Part shown: positions 37,847 through 52,399 of the stretch, in pieces
How the letters are laid out: each line of letters opens with the position of its first letter
Position numbering within the stretch: the first letter of the stretch is position 1
Assembly (NCBI RefSeq): GCF_036321535.1
Contig: NC_087436.1
Span: 112,222,001-112,286,000 of the forward strand
Direction of reading: 5' to 3'
DNA from: Camelus dromedarius
Lineage: Eukaryota
Length of the DNA stretch: 64,000 bases
Program-made: the position numbers and the translations under genes
The notes under the pieces: model-generated
The model's input: the letters and a program-made list of their open reading frames with translations, nothing else
The model's database searches: none
What the model was told of the DNA's origin: nothing

Positions 37847-38604
37847 CTCATCACTGGGGAGGCTAAGGTTGACTCCCACCTATTTCATTGTACTGTTGTT
37901 ATTTTTCACTTACATCCAGAAAGTAACCTGTTAGCTATTTCTTTGTCACTATCAAATGCCCAGTTCTCCATCAGACATTCATCTAACGATTTTACTACCA
38001 ATAGAAAATCTTTCCTTCAATCAGTGTTTCCCAGAGGGTTTGTAAAATGAGATATTTTAATTTTATTACTCCTTTCCTATTTATTAGATAATGTTCTCTT
38101 ATAAAATAGAGGTTTCTGCCATCAACCAGGGCTATTTGGTAACACCAAAACATAAGTTCTATTGGAAAGGTAGAGTGTTTAATACTGTCCAATAATTACC
38201 AATTTTCAGAGGAATCAGTTATTTTTTAAAACTGCCTCAAATGATAACAAATGAGATTTTTCTTCATCTTTTCTTTACTATCATTACAGACTCATGGATT
38301 TTTATTGATTAAATATTTTAATCTATTAGAATAATTACTGTTTTATGTTCAAATTCTCATAACATTTTATAACACATTTTAAGCTGACTCTTGTGTCTTT
38401 TTTTACGTTACGCTGTTAAACTTTGAAGGGTTCTTTGCTTTTTGGCACAAGATGTTTCTAGTTCATTTTAGCCCCAGACCCAGAATTCCCGATTTTTCTG
38501 AGAATCTCCAGTTTCTTTTAGTGGATAATTGAATCAGAGGCCATAGTCTGGATGCCAGAGTGTGCTCTTTGGTGCCATTTGTATGGATAGAACTAGGGAA
38601 AACA

Positions 38605-38607
<3 letters not shown>

Positions 38608-38650
<43 letters not shown>
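38608..38650. repeat. (TG)n microsatellite
   Basis: Perfect dinucleotide run. Confidence 0.98.
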
Positions 38651-38655
<5 letters not shown>

Positions 38656-39154
38656 CATGTGTTCTTATTGATATTTCAATCCAGTAACATTTTCTTTAAC
38701 TTTATAATTGTGTCTTACACTGAAAATGATAACTTCTGAGAACATTAACATGATTATCCATTTGCTCTAACCAACATTATAAAACAAAAAGTTTCAGAGA
38801 ATCAGGGCTGAAGTTACTATGAACAATAAAAATATTTATGGATGTTTAAAATTTCTTTCACCTCTTCTCATCCTTTGAATAGCTCCCATTAAGGATTACA
38901 GTATTCTAAAGCCCACGAAATAAATTTGTTCTCTGTGCCTGTGCTGCCGACTTGACATATGGTTAGGTTCTTTCGTTTATTATTTTCAATTTAAGAGATT
39001 TATTTTAATAGCAGTGTATTTGCATGATTTAAAGGCCAAAACTATCCAGAATGTTCCACCCAGAGAAATCTTGCTTTTACCCCTTATCCCTTCCATCCTC
39101 TCCTCTTCATCCTAGCTAATCATTTTGTATTAGTTTTTATCTTTTCAGTATGTT

Positions 39155-39268
39155 TGCCAGTTTTTATGGTGTAAATATACTTAACATGGCCAATTTCAAG
39201 CTCCCATGGGGATGCCCAATTGGCTGGAAAAATTCCTGAAAGTTTAACAAGCTGCCTCTAGCATGCCT
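39155..39268. mobile_element. hAT-Blackjack fragment (MER63-like)
   Basis: atggtgtaaata...catggccaatttcaagct motif. Confidence 0.5.
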
Positions 39269-41584
39269 CTACCTGTCTCCTCCTCCTCCTCCCACTTATG
39301 CAAGAGGTAGTAAGCTGCCCTGAGCCTTGGGTTTGTTGTTTTGTTTTGTTTTGTTTCCCCCAATTAATAACACTTGGTTAAAGTCCGTGAAGTGGTTGTC
39401 ATACACATCATTAGAACCTCGTCTTTCCCTGTCTCAATTCATGTAGTGGCCTACCACTCTTTCCCTAAGTATGGACTAGGAAAAATTTAAATTTAGAGTC
39501 CAAAACATTTAGATTCTGACTTTGAATGAAACCTTTTAATATGTGTTATCTTTGGCTGGTTTCTTTACCTCTCTGAACCTCAATTTCCTAATTTATGAAA
39601 TTAGAACCATAATAAAAGTTTATGGTTTAATAACTTGAAATAAAATGTTCAAATATAATATTCATGATCGTTTTAATACCCAGCATTTATTGAGTGTTCA
39701 GTTTTTTTCCAGACGGTTCCTAGCACTTAACCTAGATTAATTCACTTCATCAGATACATGGTGTGCACTATTCACAACATCAACATGGGGTGTATATTAT
39801 TATTGTTGCCATTTCACAGATGGAGAAAGTGAGGCACACAGAGGCTCAGCAATTTTCCCAAGCTCATATAGCTAGTAAGTGATGAAGCCTGGCTTACTCT
39901 CAGGCCATACCTCCGGGAACTGCCCTCTGTTTAACCAGTGCCTGCCAACAAGTGCCTGGCACAGAGTGGCCACTCTGCAGAGTTAGTTTCCATACCTCCC
40001 TCTGGTTCTTTGATTTCAACTGCAACTCCCTCTTAGTTACTCAAGGAAAGCTCTTCTCAACACGTGGGTCTCCTGGGCTTCTCTCACCAACTGTCCATCG
40101 TCTTTTTCCTGTTCCATCCTCCAAATCACTCCCCACCCAAATTCACAGCCATAGTCCATTTGTGGGGAAACTGAAAAATGGAGAAGAAAGGCTTGTTCAC
40201 AGACCCTCTGAACTGCCTCCTCCAGTTACCCAGTACCGCAAGGTATCTGTCTCCATAGATTGATGTCTTTGTTGGACCAGTTGTAAATATTTTAAATATT
40301 TAACAAGAAATGTCCATTGTGTATACCCCATTGTTTAAATGGGCAAATTGGCTCAGAGAAACAAAATAATTTCCCTGAATTCCAGGGGAATCAACAAGAT
40401 TCAAGCCCTAGCCAATGTGACTATCAAACTCTTAACCTTTGCAGTTGGCACAGCACTTTGGGAAGGAGATGGAAACCATCATTTCCAAGAGTATTTGGAG
40501 GAGAGTCTGATTTCACTCAGCAAAGGCTTGACTGTCCAATTAGAAACTGCTGCCCTCAATGCTGCCCCACGTCAGAGGTATGATCTCAGTCACTAGCATT
40601 TGGCTTGGGCCTCCGGTCCTAGGGCTGGCAGTTAGACTTAATACTTTACCACATAGTCAGTGCTGATTTAACAGGGACTTCGGTGCTTTAAAAGTGGATA
40701 AAATCAGATGATGAGACCGGGATTCAGCCCTAGCCTTATTGCAAGGATTAAATGAGATGATGCAAGCAAAGAGGTTAGCGTGATGTCTGGCACACAGCAG
40801 TCAGGAAATGCTGTCAATTTTATTACCACTGCAGGAAAGAGTACACGAGAGAAGATCGGGAAGCAGATCTGGACTTGGTTTGGAGTCCATGATGTTTAAG
40901 ATAGTCAGCAGGCTTTGTGCCCATCTTACAGATGAGGAGGCTAAGACTCAGAATGCCAGGGGCTCAGAATTTTAGGGTCATAAGGATCCTTAGAGTGTCT
41001 TGCCCAGCGACCCTTGGCCTCTCAAGTCCCTTTAGCCACAACCCCTTCTTCAGACCTTCTCCCTCTTGACAGGGACTGGGTTGGGGTGGGGTGCGGACTG
41101 GGGGTTGTTCCTGGTTGGTGGCATTAAGAGGCTGGCAGAGAAAGTCAAGGGCCAGCTGTCGTGGTGGATGGTGACCCAGAAGACCCTCTGCATCACACAC
41201 AGATGAAAGTGTTGTGAGGAACAGGACAGGACAGCTGGAAGGATTCAGGAGCCCTCGGTTCAGTCACTGTAGACACAGCCCCTTAGTGGGAGGTACAAGT
41301 TCACGGGCTCAGTAAGGCCATTTATCCATCACCGAGTCTTCCTACAGATTAGGTTAATCTCTGTCATCAGCCCAACGTACTTTCAGATTCCATCCTAGTC
41401 CTTCTTGCTGTGGCTTTAGGAATCCCAAATTATATAATTTCCTTTGTCTGATTCTATTAATTGTCTACATTCTGTTTCAGACACAGAATCTCTCTGTATT
41501 ACAGAATGTAACATACAGGGCTACATATAAAACTCCCTACTTGGTATAGGCTGCACATAGAAATTCATCTCTAATTTCATACAA

Positions 41585-42120
41585 AAGTGTTCACCGTCTT
41601 TTTGGAAATTCCACAAATACGTTTGGTAACCAGCCTCAGAGGTGGTTGTATTTGTGTCTGTGCTCTTACAGGGGAGGAAACGCAGCCAGGTCAGGGTGGG
41701 AGACACACTCATCAGGGGCGCGTCTGCTGGAGTCCAGATGCAAGCTTCATATGTTCTCCCTCCCAGGGGGGCTGTCATGTAGCAAGTGCTCCTTCCCACA
41801 ACAGTGAAATACAGCACCACGTGCACCACGTTTCTGCTGAGGAGGCACACGTGAGACTCAGCGTCCAAGGCTGTCATTGTGGGCTGTTCACCTAGACATC
41901 TGGTCACCCCCAGAAGGGAAGCAGGTGTTCACCATCCACATTGTTTGCCCAAATAGTCTAGGCAGGTTGGTACAGCAGGTTTCAGCACCCTGGGCATCCA
42001 AAACAGCCTTATCTGTTACTAATGGAGAGAAGACTCCAAAGCCAGGTCCCCAGGTGCCAGCCAAGGGTCACCTCAAAAGCCGGCCCATCTAATGAGCAAC
42101 ATCAAGTCTGCTGTGTGACA
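41585..42120. mobile_element. ERVL LTR (MER21/MER68/MER77 group)
   Basis: gagactcagcgtccaagg, ccccagaagggaagcaggtgttcaccat, ccaggtgccagccaagggtca. Confidence 0.65.
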
Positions 42121-42359
42121 CATCATCATTCCTGCCTCCTTGGAACCGACAGAAAAATTCCACACGCACATTGAATTTTTGAAATTTCACAGGGGAGTAA
42201 ACCTTGGGACTAGGTTGACAGCAAGTTTGATGTCTGCTCATGAGCATTTATATCATGTTACAACACGCTCTTCCATTTGGAGAATCTCTGGTTTGATCCA
42301 CTGAGCATCCCCCTTCAATCCCACGTGGAGCTTGAACCCAGGCCTTCTAACCTCCCTAG

Positions 42360-42720
42360 AGTTAGTTCTCAAATTTATCGGCACTCTGTAATCACTTAGG
42401 GAGCTTTAAAACTACTGAACCTCAGTTCCACCTCCAGAGATTCCGATTACATTGGCCGGGGGTGCAGTCTGGGATTTGGAACTGTTTGAGTTCCTCTAGC
42501 GTGCAGCCAACGTGAAGAGCCACTCCCGAAGTCCAGCGGTTTTCACACTGTGGTTCCCAGACCGGCAGTGTCAGCCTCATCCAGGAACTTCCTAGAAATG
42601 CAAACCCTCAGGTCCCACCCCAGGTTTATCAAATCAGAAATTCTGGATGGGAGGCCCAGAAATCTGTTTTGATAAGCCTTACAGGTGACCCTGACACACA
42701 TTCAAATTTAAGAACCATTG
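42360..42720. mobile_element. Two adjacent MER5-family hAT MITEs
   Basis: gttctcaaa...aatcacttagggagctt; tgtggttcccagacc...agaaatgcaaa...ttaagaaccattg. Confidence 0.8.
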
Positions 42721-45700
42721 CCCTAGACCAAGACACAAATCTTTTGCCAACCCCGTGGCTCTTGGTCAGGGCTACTGTTAGTGGCAGGAAGCCCCAAGGA
42801 CCCCACCTGTGTGCTTCCAAGAGCCTCTACTTCCACAGCTGTGCTTAGCATCCCTTTGCCCCACAAATTTCCCAATGATGGCTTTGGATGTGGGGATGTG
42901 GGACCCAGCTTGTTAAACTCAAGGCCAGGTACAGGAAGACGGATACGTGAACAACACTTGCATATTGCGGAGTAGGACAAGGGAGAGAGCGTGGACACCA
43001 CATCATCACACAACCACGTAGGGACCACTGCAGAGGCAGCAGTTGACTGGGACCTGGATTCTACTTTCTGCAGCCACTCTTCTTGAACCCAAACAGGCTG
43101 CATCTCAGTGTCATCATCTGCAGAATGGAGCTAATAATTCCTCCCAATCTAATCCTGGAAGCTTCTTTGAGGTTTATAGAAAATATACATAGAGAGAGAA
43201 ATGTGTAAAAGCGTGATGAAGATCAGGTGCGGCGCTCTCGTCTGCAGGGTGCAAGGCAGGCTGGGAGCATGGTGGTGTCTGTCTGCTGGAGCGCTCACTG
43301 ACCCCAGCCTTCCTTGAAGATTGATGTTCACTCAATACGCTAACCATCCTCTGGAAAGTAAAAATTCTCCCCAGTTCATGGCTCTTAACAATTTTGTTAA
43401 CTTCAATCTATATATTTTCTCCAATTCAGTGAAATTCCTGATACACGTACAAGCAGACTCTGGTCTGACTGCATTGGTGCTTTCAGGGAACCCTTGTAGG
43501 AGCAGGGGAAGAAGGAAGGGAAGGAAACTAACATTTTTCTGGTACTTGTCATGCACCATTTGGCTTCCGTGTCTTATGTTTAATCCTTACTATGAACCAC
43601 AGAATGTTATGAAGGTTACAATTATTTGTATATAATAGATAAAGAAACAGAAGGTCAGAGAGATTGAGGAACTTGACCAGAACCACATAGACAGGTAGGG
43701 ACAGAGCGGCATCATATCCAGGTCCATGAAGTTCACGTGCTTCCCGCCAGCCCTGTGTCTGTCACCTACAGACTCACCCCTGACTATAGGGGTGAGGTTG
43801 GGGGGACCCGGTAACTAGAAAGATTGGGATTCCCAGCCACGTACAGTTTGTCTGTGACTACGAGCCCACCCTGCAGCGCCCCTGCCAAGTGAACGAGACG
43901 CAGCTTCACCCGGAGCAGACATCTCCTCTGAAGATCTGCCCATGACGCCTTCCAAATTGAAACACGAAACTTCCCACAGGCACGTGTGGAAATCAGACTC
44001 TCGCATGTGAAGAAAGACCGGTGTAAATCCCTGGCAGCTGTGAGTCACCCAGCCCAGGGAAAGGCACTCTGGAGCGCAAACAGCCTTCCTCGGGAAGGCG
44101 GGGGACTAACATGTCTTCAAAGAAAACACTCTCCTGCGATGTCTGGATGTCTGCCTGCACCTCCGTGGCAGACCGTCATCAGGACGCAAGGCACCAGGTG
44201 TGGCTGGAACCCCTGGATGCCCTCCTCCTGCTCCAAGACAGCAGGCACGTGCCTGCGGGTGCCTGTCCCTCTGAGTCATCCCTTCTCTGAAGCTCTAGGC
44301 AGTGTCGGCAGCTCCCCCCAAACTGGCTTCCACACGCCTCCTCGAGCTTTTGCTTTCAGTTGTCAGGATGTCTTCGTAATGGTTCTTCATTCTTCCCAGG
44401 TGGTCTCATTTTATAGTCCTTCCTACTCATTTCAGTTTTAGGGTTAAAAATAACATTATGTTCTCCTTACCCACAGAATGTAACTGACATGGCTGCGCTT
44501 CCGGAACAATGTCATGTTCCACTTACTCAGGATATCACACAGAACTACGCTTTGTTTTGAAGATAAAGCAACAGGACATCGGGACCCACCTTCAGCTTAC
44601 AGAACCTATGGGGGAGCAACCTACCTGAGTGAATCCCTGCAAAGCAGCTTGTTAGTGGTACCATTTAGAGGTGCCCCATCTGGCTCTGGGCCCCCTCCTT
44701 ACCCCCTACAGCATCCTCCACCTGCACTTGGCACGTTGTTCTGGTGCTGATGGGTTATTCACCCGTGCACCCGACCACACTCAGCTTTTTGAGGACTAAA
44801 AGAGATATCTCAGTCACCGCTGTATTCCCAGCATCTATTACCTAATAAGCCTTCATTAAAAAAAAAGTCTGTGGGCAGAATGAATGGGACAAGGAGCTGC
44901 TCCTGAGTTAAACATTTATCCACTGAAATCTATTTCAAGTGTATTAACTGGGTCTTTTTGAACTAACTTAAGGCAAACTGATTTTTAAAGCAGTTCCTTC
45001 GGACTGTGTTAATAGGTGAGCGAGTGAGTAGGGTGAGGAAAGAGGAAGGACTCGGCCCTGAGGAAGAAGGGATAGTCACGGGCCGGGGGGTGCTGAGTCA
45101 GAAAGGGGTCCTGGGGTCACAGACAGAGCACATGGGCAGGCCCAAGGCCAAAGCAGAATTCAGCCCTATTGTCTGGGCCAACACAGAAGTTGGTCCTTCC
45201 ATGACTCCCCATTAGGATAAAGATTCCCCAAACTGATTAGCAGCTAAGGGGACCCATGGAGAGCACATGGGGACCCCAGTGTGGTTTTCAAGGTAGGATG
45301 CCCGCAGCTCCCTGCATCCATTGGCCCAGCAGTGGGAGGTGAGGGTGGGAGCTGCGCGACTGAGGCGGGCAGGTCGTAAGGATTCCACAGTTGTGAGCTA
45401 TGCACACACGTGCAGGACCACGGCAGAGTCCGAAGCAGGATTCTTCCCTGAGGAGGAAGCTCCGGGCTAGCTCTGCAAGAAGATGCGAAGAAGGTGGTAC
45501 AGGAAGGGAGTGTGCGAGTGAGAGCCGAGGGCACCATGCCCAGGGGCCCAGGCTGGAGGCCTTGCAGGATTCAGACAATGGTAAAGACTGTCTCCAAGAT
45601 GTTCTGGCCAATCCACACGTCTTTAATGTCACCACTGCGAGTCCATTTCTAATACGCATCATTCGGGTTAATTCATCAGTTTCACCAGTTAAAAAAAAAC

Positions 45701-46416
45701 CATTTCAGACATTCACTGAGTTACTCAGCAAAGCCCAAGTTATCGATCCGATATGGATGGCAGACATTTGTGTCGGTCTGTCTCCACCAGAATGTGCCCT
45801 CCTGATTAGGAAGCAAGCAGCGTGTGAGTGATAGACATGACACACACACACGCACACGCACACACGAAGTCACACTTTGCATGCTGATGTATGTTCAAGT
45901 GCAATGCACATGTCCTAACAAAGAGTGGGCAAACCTCAAGCTGGCTTGAGATCTTGTCCTTATTCCCGGATCTTTGGGAGCCGAGGCAATCAGCTCTGTA
46001 GCTCAGTGTGTTTAAGGAAGTGGACACTCAGCAGAGCTCAGCATCATGTGTTCTCACTTCAAAGTGAGATATTCTTTCATTCAACTCTGGTGTATACTGG
46101 TTAAGTCAGATTTGATTTGGTTTAGAAACAAAAATGTCAAGAAACATTCCTGACACCTTGATTAGGATGGAGAATAGCACATTCATTACATATCCATTAC
46201 CTAATGGAATTCCAAAGCCAAACGAGGGACTTGGGATTCAGTCTCCCTGTGCGAAAGAGGAGAAAACTGAGACTGAGTGGTTGAGAGATCGGCTTAAGGC
46301 CACACAGCTGAGAAGCCAGGATTCCAACCCAGGCAGCTCTGCCTGATTCTAACATGAGTGTCTTTTTTTCTGTGTCACAGGCTGATCTTTATGTCAAGTG
46401 GCAAAAAACTGTTTAA

Positions 46417-46693
46417 CAGAAAGAGATCCACAGACATAGAAAACAAATTTATGATCACCAAAGGGGATGGGGGGTGGGGGATAAATTAGGAGTTTAGGAC
46501 CAACAGAGACATACTACTGTATATAAAATAGATAAACAACAAGGCCTGACTGTACAGCACAGGGAACTACATTCAATATCTTATAATAACCTATAATGAA
46601 AAAGAATATATACATGTGTGTATGTATAACTGAATCACTAAGCTGTACAGCAGAAACTAACACAACATTGGAAATCAATTATACTTCAGTTTT
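46417..46693 (+). mobile_element. L1 3' end (artiodactyl type) with TSD
   Basis: Typical 3' UTR. Flanks aaaaaactgtttaa (46403-46416) and aaaaagttgtttaa (46694-46707) match at 12 of 14 positions. Confidence 0.9.
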
Positions 46694-48199
46694 AAAAAGT
46701 TGTTTAATGTGAGGTTAGACATACACTTAGACCATGAAGAGTTAAAAAGACACAGAAAAGAGTCATGGGAACATATTTCCATTTTATTGCCATTTCTGTC
46801 TATTTAAGATCTCTTTTCTTTTACCTTCTAGGCTTTTGACCCTTAGCTTTGCTGAAGTAATGATTGGTGAGACTTGATTGTTTAATTAGAAATACGGCAC
46901 CATTCTTCAAAGAGTTGTCATTACCTAAGCTGTATCGGTCAGAGAACAGTCTAAAGACATGGGGGGAAAATGCTTGACACTTCTCTTTAATTTAATTATA
47001 TTTATTTTCACATTTCTAAAAATAATCTCTCTGCAAACAGCTTCTGGGCACAAATTCAAAACCATAAATCGGCCAGGCTGACAGCACTCTCCTCAGCTTC
47101 CTCACGTAGGAAATACCCAAAAGGTCATTTGTAGCTTCTATTGTGTTTTTCAAATACTGTGCACAGAATGATGTCTCCCTCCTCTTCCACCCAAAACTCC
47201 CAGCTCTCACCTGGCCTGGCCAATGTTTGAGGAGCACCTGCTATTAAGGGTCACAAGCAGAGGCAAGTCTGGGATGCACAGATGCCTCAGACACAACCCC
47301 TGCTCCCAGAGTGTCGTGTCCAGGGCTGGGGTCCCCACACGGTGACCACCTCAGATTCACCCACCATCGATGGCTCTGACACCGGGAACCATCTGGCTAT
47401 GTTTTCAGAAACCCTATCTAGATAAAGAGAAAGAGAACTTCAAGACCACCCATCGGGAAGTTGAAATGGTTGCAAAAATAACAGTTAACACTTAAGAAAC
47501 ACTTCTGTGTCAGATACTGCTCCACGAACTTAACTCACTTATTCTTTACAACGTTTCTATTCAATCCATTTCACAAATGAGGATACTGAGGCACAGAGTT
47601 ACTAAGGAAACAGGAAAAAGGATCCCTGAGATGGGTATCTAGGTCAGGAAAGCGTTCCGGAGAGGATTCCTGAGCTGAGTCTTAAGGAAGAAGTGAGCGT
47701 TGCCAGGCAACCAGGGGGTGAGAGGGGTTACAGGCAGAAGCAAGAGACGTATAAGGAGAAAAAACCACATGCTGATAAATCTCCTGGAAGTCCCTCTTAC
47801 TAATCCAGAGTGTGAGGGATGAAAGCCCAGAACAGGGCAAGTGCAGTAAAAAAAAAAAAAAAAAAAGGAGAGGAGAGGAGAGACAGAGATAAGGAATATT
47901 CTAAAAGAAAAAAAAAATCAGCAGTACTTGATTGATAAGACCAAGAGGCATTCGAATGTCTGCAGGGCATTCAATGGATGGACCATGGCTCCATCCAGGA
48001 CAGGAGACACACAGGACGTGGGCAGCAGTGGGAGAGAGGATGAGGGGTTAATTAGGGCGCACTGAGTTGGCCAAGCCCATGGACATCTTGGAAATGGTCC
48101 CCAGGCAGCTGCCCACACGAGTGGGAAGCTGGTGTAAGGCTGGACTCTGGAGCTAAGAGGGGAATGGGTGGCCAGCAGGCAGTGGGGCTGACAGCCGTA

Positions 48200-48366
48200 G
48201 AACACGCTTCCTGTACTTCCGTGGGCACGCAGGTCACCTGGGGATCTCGCTAGAAATCTCGATAACAACTCAGTGGCTCTCGGGTGAGATCTGAGATTCA
48301 GCATTTCTAACAAGCTCCCAGGTGGGGCCAGTGCCACTGGTCTCCAGACACATTCTCAGTAGCCGG
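48200..48366. mobile_element. MER5-family MITE
   Basis: tcacctggggatct...gcatttctaacaagctcccaggtg. Confidence 0.7.
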
Positions 48367-48671
48367 GTAGTACAGTGCTTGAAACCCCAAGGAAGGATAT
48401 TCAGAGAAAAAAAGCAGTGGGTTGATAATATATACCCATAGGAACATCAGCATTTAAAGGTGTTCTTTGTCTCAGAAGCCAAGGATGTAGTTTTGACAAA
48501 AGCTATTGTCCTCGTGGCCAGAAGGAGCCGAGGGGAGAAGTCAGATTACTCCGCTCCGCCTTCCAGCAGCTTCTCTCACCAGTTGGCTGAAACCGAGGCC
48601 CCAGAGGCAGTAAGTGGGTCTGCGCTACATTAGACCCTGGGTGCTGACACAGCCCCTGACACAAAGTAGGC

Positions 48672-49055
48672 ACGAGGGGCCGAACCTGGCCCCTCACACT
48701 CACATGTTGAAGTCCTAACCGTCAGCACCTCAGAATGTGGCTGTATTTGAAGACCGATCCTTTAAAGAGGTGACCAAGATAAAATGAAGTCATTAAGGCG
48801 AGCCCAATCCTGTATGACTGGTGTCCTTGTAAGAAGAGGAAATTTGAACGCGGCTACGCAGACACGCAGAGGAAAGACTCCGCAAGCGCACGGCGAGAAG
48901 GCGGCCGTCTGCAAGTCGAGGAAAGAGACTCAGAAGAAGCCAGCCCTAGCCCCCTGGATCTCAGGCTTCCAGCCTCCAGAAATGTGAACAAATGCACCTC
49001 TCTGTGTGAGCCCCTCCCCCGTCTGTGGTACTTTGTGATGGCAGCCCAGCTACCG
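48672..49055 (+). mobile_element. MaLR solo LTR (MLT1B-like)
   Basis: atgttgaagtcctaacc...atgactggtgtccttgtaagaagagga...ttccagcctccagaa...gtctgtggtactttgt. Confidence 0.85.
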
Positions 49056-49599
49056 CAGCAGGGGGTCCAGAATGGCCCGCTGGAGTGGCATGAAGCAGTG
49101 TGGCGGACCTGGCACCCTTAAAGACTCGGCCGTCCCACGCCTCGCTCCCCCGGCCTCCTCTGGGTCTGGTGCAGCAGGAACTCTTAGGTCTCCCCTCCAC
49201 ACGTGACCACCTGTCCCATGCTCCCGTGACCCAGCCATGAGAGATCGTTGGCCATGGCACAGAAACACAGGTAGCTGGAAACAGAGCCGCAGGGGCTGCA
49301 AGGAGAGGGAGGGGAAGGCAGTCTGAGGGACCACTCTTCAGCCGGTGTTTCGTCCCCAGGAGCCAAGTGTCTGAGACGTCTCAAGGCAGGGGGAGCACTG
49401 GGCCTTTGCCTTGTTGTCCAGGGTGACTGGCTTATTTATTCAGGACCAATATGTTTTCTGCAATGACTATCAGACCTCTGTGACGCAATGACCATCAGAC
49501 CTCTGTGGCTTACTCGTATGTTGCAGTCAGGGATAAGAGGTCATGCCAGGGGGACTAACCAAGTCACACACTCCAGAGTCACGACCAACAGAAGTTATT

Positions 49600-49842
49600 T
49601 ATTTGTTTTTTTAATTGAAGTGTAGTCAGTGTACAGTGTTGTTTCAGTTTCTGGTGTACGGCATCATGTATCAGTCATATATATACATACATGTATTCCT
49701 TTTCATTATAGGTTACTATAAGATATTGAATATGGTTCCCTGTGCTCTGCAGTAGCAACCTGTTGTTTATCTATTTTGTACAGTTAGTATCTGCAAATCT
49801 CAAACTCTCAATTTACCCCTTCCCACCCCCTTTCCTCCCTGC
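49600..49842 (-). mobile_element. L1 3' end (camelid type)
   Basis: ttgaagtgtagtcagt...ataagatattgaatatggttccctgtgct. Confidence 0.85.
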
Positions 49843-52399
49843 TTCAAACACTGCATCATCCCTGCTCAGCCAATATTTCTAAAACTGACCATCAATAATT
49901 AGATGGTTCCATTGTGTGGCAGTACCCCCTAGGACCTACCAAAGGCTCAAGCACTTTAATTGAAACCAATGGGATTCTTGCATATGAATGTTCAAACAAG
50001 TCCTATCGGAATACAATTCAAAATATCACTTTAAAACAATTTCTTCGGGACAATCAAGTATTCTATTATGGTGACAGTTTCATGCTGTGAAAACATCACA
50101 GAGCTCCCTCTGGGTAGTGTAGGGGGATAGCCGGAGGATTTCCAGTCCTTCTTAGGACACCTAAGCATTTTCTTTTTTCCCCAAATGTCTGGCACCTAGC
50201 ATGTCTCCTTTCTCAAAAGCCACACAATTAAACCCTGAAAAGAGCCATTGAAGTATTTATGTCCCCTTTATACAGATGAAAATACTTAGATGTAGAAAGA
50301 TTTAATCAATTAGCCCCCAGAACTTCATATAATAAATGGAGGGGCAAGAATTTTATCTCAGGCTCTCCTGACTCCAAAGCCTGCAAGCTTTCTACCATTA
50401 GCACCTTCTTTTTGAGGAGTTCTTCTTTTTTCCAGGTTCCCAGCATTCTTTATTTCTATTCCTATTTGTCTGAACACCATTTACCTTACAGAAGGGTCCA
50501 CATAGGATCTGGAAGTCTAACCCCAGAGGACTGAGCTGGTGACCTCTGGATGCACCTTCCCTGGGGACTAAAGCCACATTTTTTCATCCACCCGGTCCCC
50601 TGTGCTATGTTAATCAATAGCCCCTAAATCCGGTTCAAAGGAGATCATTGTCTGGGGTCTGAATTGCTCATTGTATAATCATTTCAAATGATCCTTCTGT
50701 TTACCTGCAAATATCAAGAAGAGACCAGGCTCTTTTATGAACTGTTGTCTCTGTGATCAAAGCAAATCATTCAGCCTTGTGATCAAAGAGATGCTAAGTC
50801 CCAGCTGGCCTCCTTTCTCAACCTGCACAACTCCCACTACCTAAGCCATAATTAAAAAATGATTCAGCTCAAGAATTCTGATTGCAATATATAAATGACC
50901 TTGTCGCCGGCAAGCTTTGAACAAAGCCGCAGAGAGGGCCAGTAAAAGCTTCCATATTATGAGAAGTTATGGTGACAGTAAATGCTGTGATTGTGAGGGC
51001 AATCTACTTTGACAGTTTCTAACCTGCTAACTGGCCTTAGGAATCTTGGGGGCACCCAGCGCAGCCCATGGAGAAAGGGGAAGGAGGGGGCGAGATGGAG
51101 GAAGACCTGGGGTGAGGAACACCCCCCAGCCTTTGAAATCCCCCCAGCTTCTTCTCAGCACCATTTGCCAATAGGAGCACTGAGAGATTATAAATAGATG
51201 CATTGCTTGGTGACATCCCAGCTGACACAATACGTGAAACAAACATCTTGTTTCCCAGGCTGATACCATTCAGTGCCTTGAGAGATCCAGATCACCCACG
51301 GGGAGGGGAGGGGGGAGGGCGGCCTTTCTGAAATGGGACTTATTATAAAAGGTTGGAGCAGAGGGCAAGGACATGAGACAACTTAGCTAAGCTTCTCCGA
51401 AGGTGGGGAGGTCAGAACAATAAGTCACTTTTTGCAAAATGTGATAAATCATCTCAATCACCAGGAAAATAACAGCCGGCCAACCTTGGCGGTACTGATG
51501 GAGAATGGTCAATGCAGAGGGCACTTGTTTAAAGGCAGTCAAGGCCAAGACCCCTGAAACTCAGCTTGTGCAAGGGGACATCAGGACAGCTTTGGAGAAA
51601 GTGCAGCCGTCTGAGCATTCTGAGTCTTTTCTGAAGCTGAGGCTACCGACATGCTTGAAAAAGCCAGGTGAGAGCTTTCACTTGGAAGTAAGTGTTCAGG
51701 GTACTGCCCTGCCATTACATTTAACAGAAAGGAAGTATAGTCATGTCAACTACCTGGACCAAGACATCACCAGGTATCACGGTGCAGGTGACCTGGCCCT
51801 CAGGCTTAGATTTCTCTGATAATCTTCAAAATGGTCTAGTTCTTAACCAGCAAACTTGACATAGGGGATAAGAAGGGTGGGCGATGGCGAGTGTATGTAC
51901 AGATTTGAGGAACAGGAAGCGAAAAAGACTCTAATTATGCGAATTGGCAAAGTGGAGGCCAGGGAAGGCCCAGGTGATCAGCAGTTAGCACATAACCTCT
52001 GCCGCCCAGCTTGGAGCCCAGACCCCCTCATCTTTGTCTCCAGGATGTAATGAGAGCATCCTAAGAACGTGTACTGAGGATTGCATGTGCAGACACTGTT
52101 AAAAGCTTTACAAGCACTATTTCCATAAGTACCCTCAACTAGGTGCTATTTATTATGCCTGTTTTGCAAATGAGGAAACTTGAGGCTTCTCAGGGCTAGG
52201 TAACTTACCCAAGTTCACATCCTAGTAAATTACAGCCAGGATGTGAATTCGAGTCTTCCTGGCAGCAGAGACTGAGCTTGGAAATTCTACTCCTGCCCAG
52301 CCCTGGAACTGCTCAGAAAATATTTATAGATTTACGACAAATGGATAAATGAGTGCCCAAACTGATAAATAAATAAGAGAATAACATCTTCACCTTGGA

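Noticed and set aside
43815..45831. GC-richer region with 124-151 aa ORFs
   Set aside because: No recognisable protein similarity or coherent exon structure, and not clearly a CpG island.
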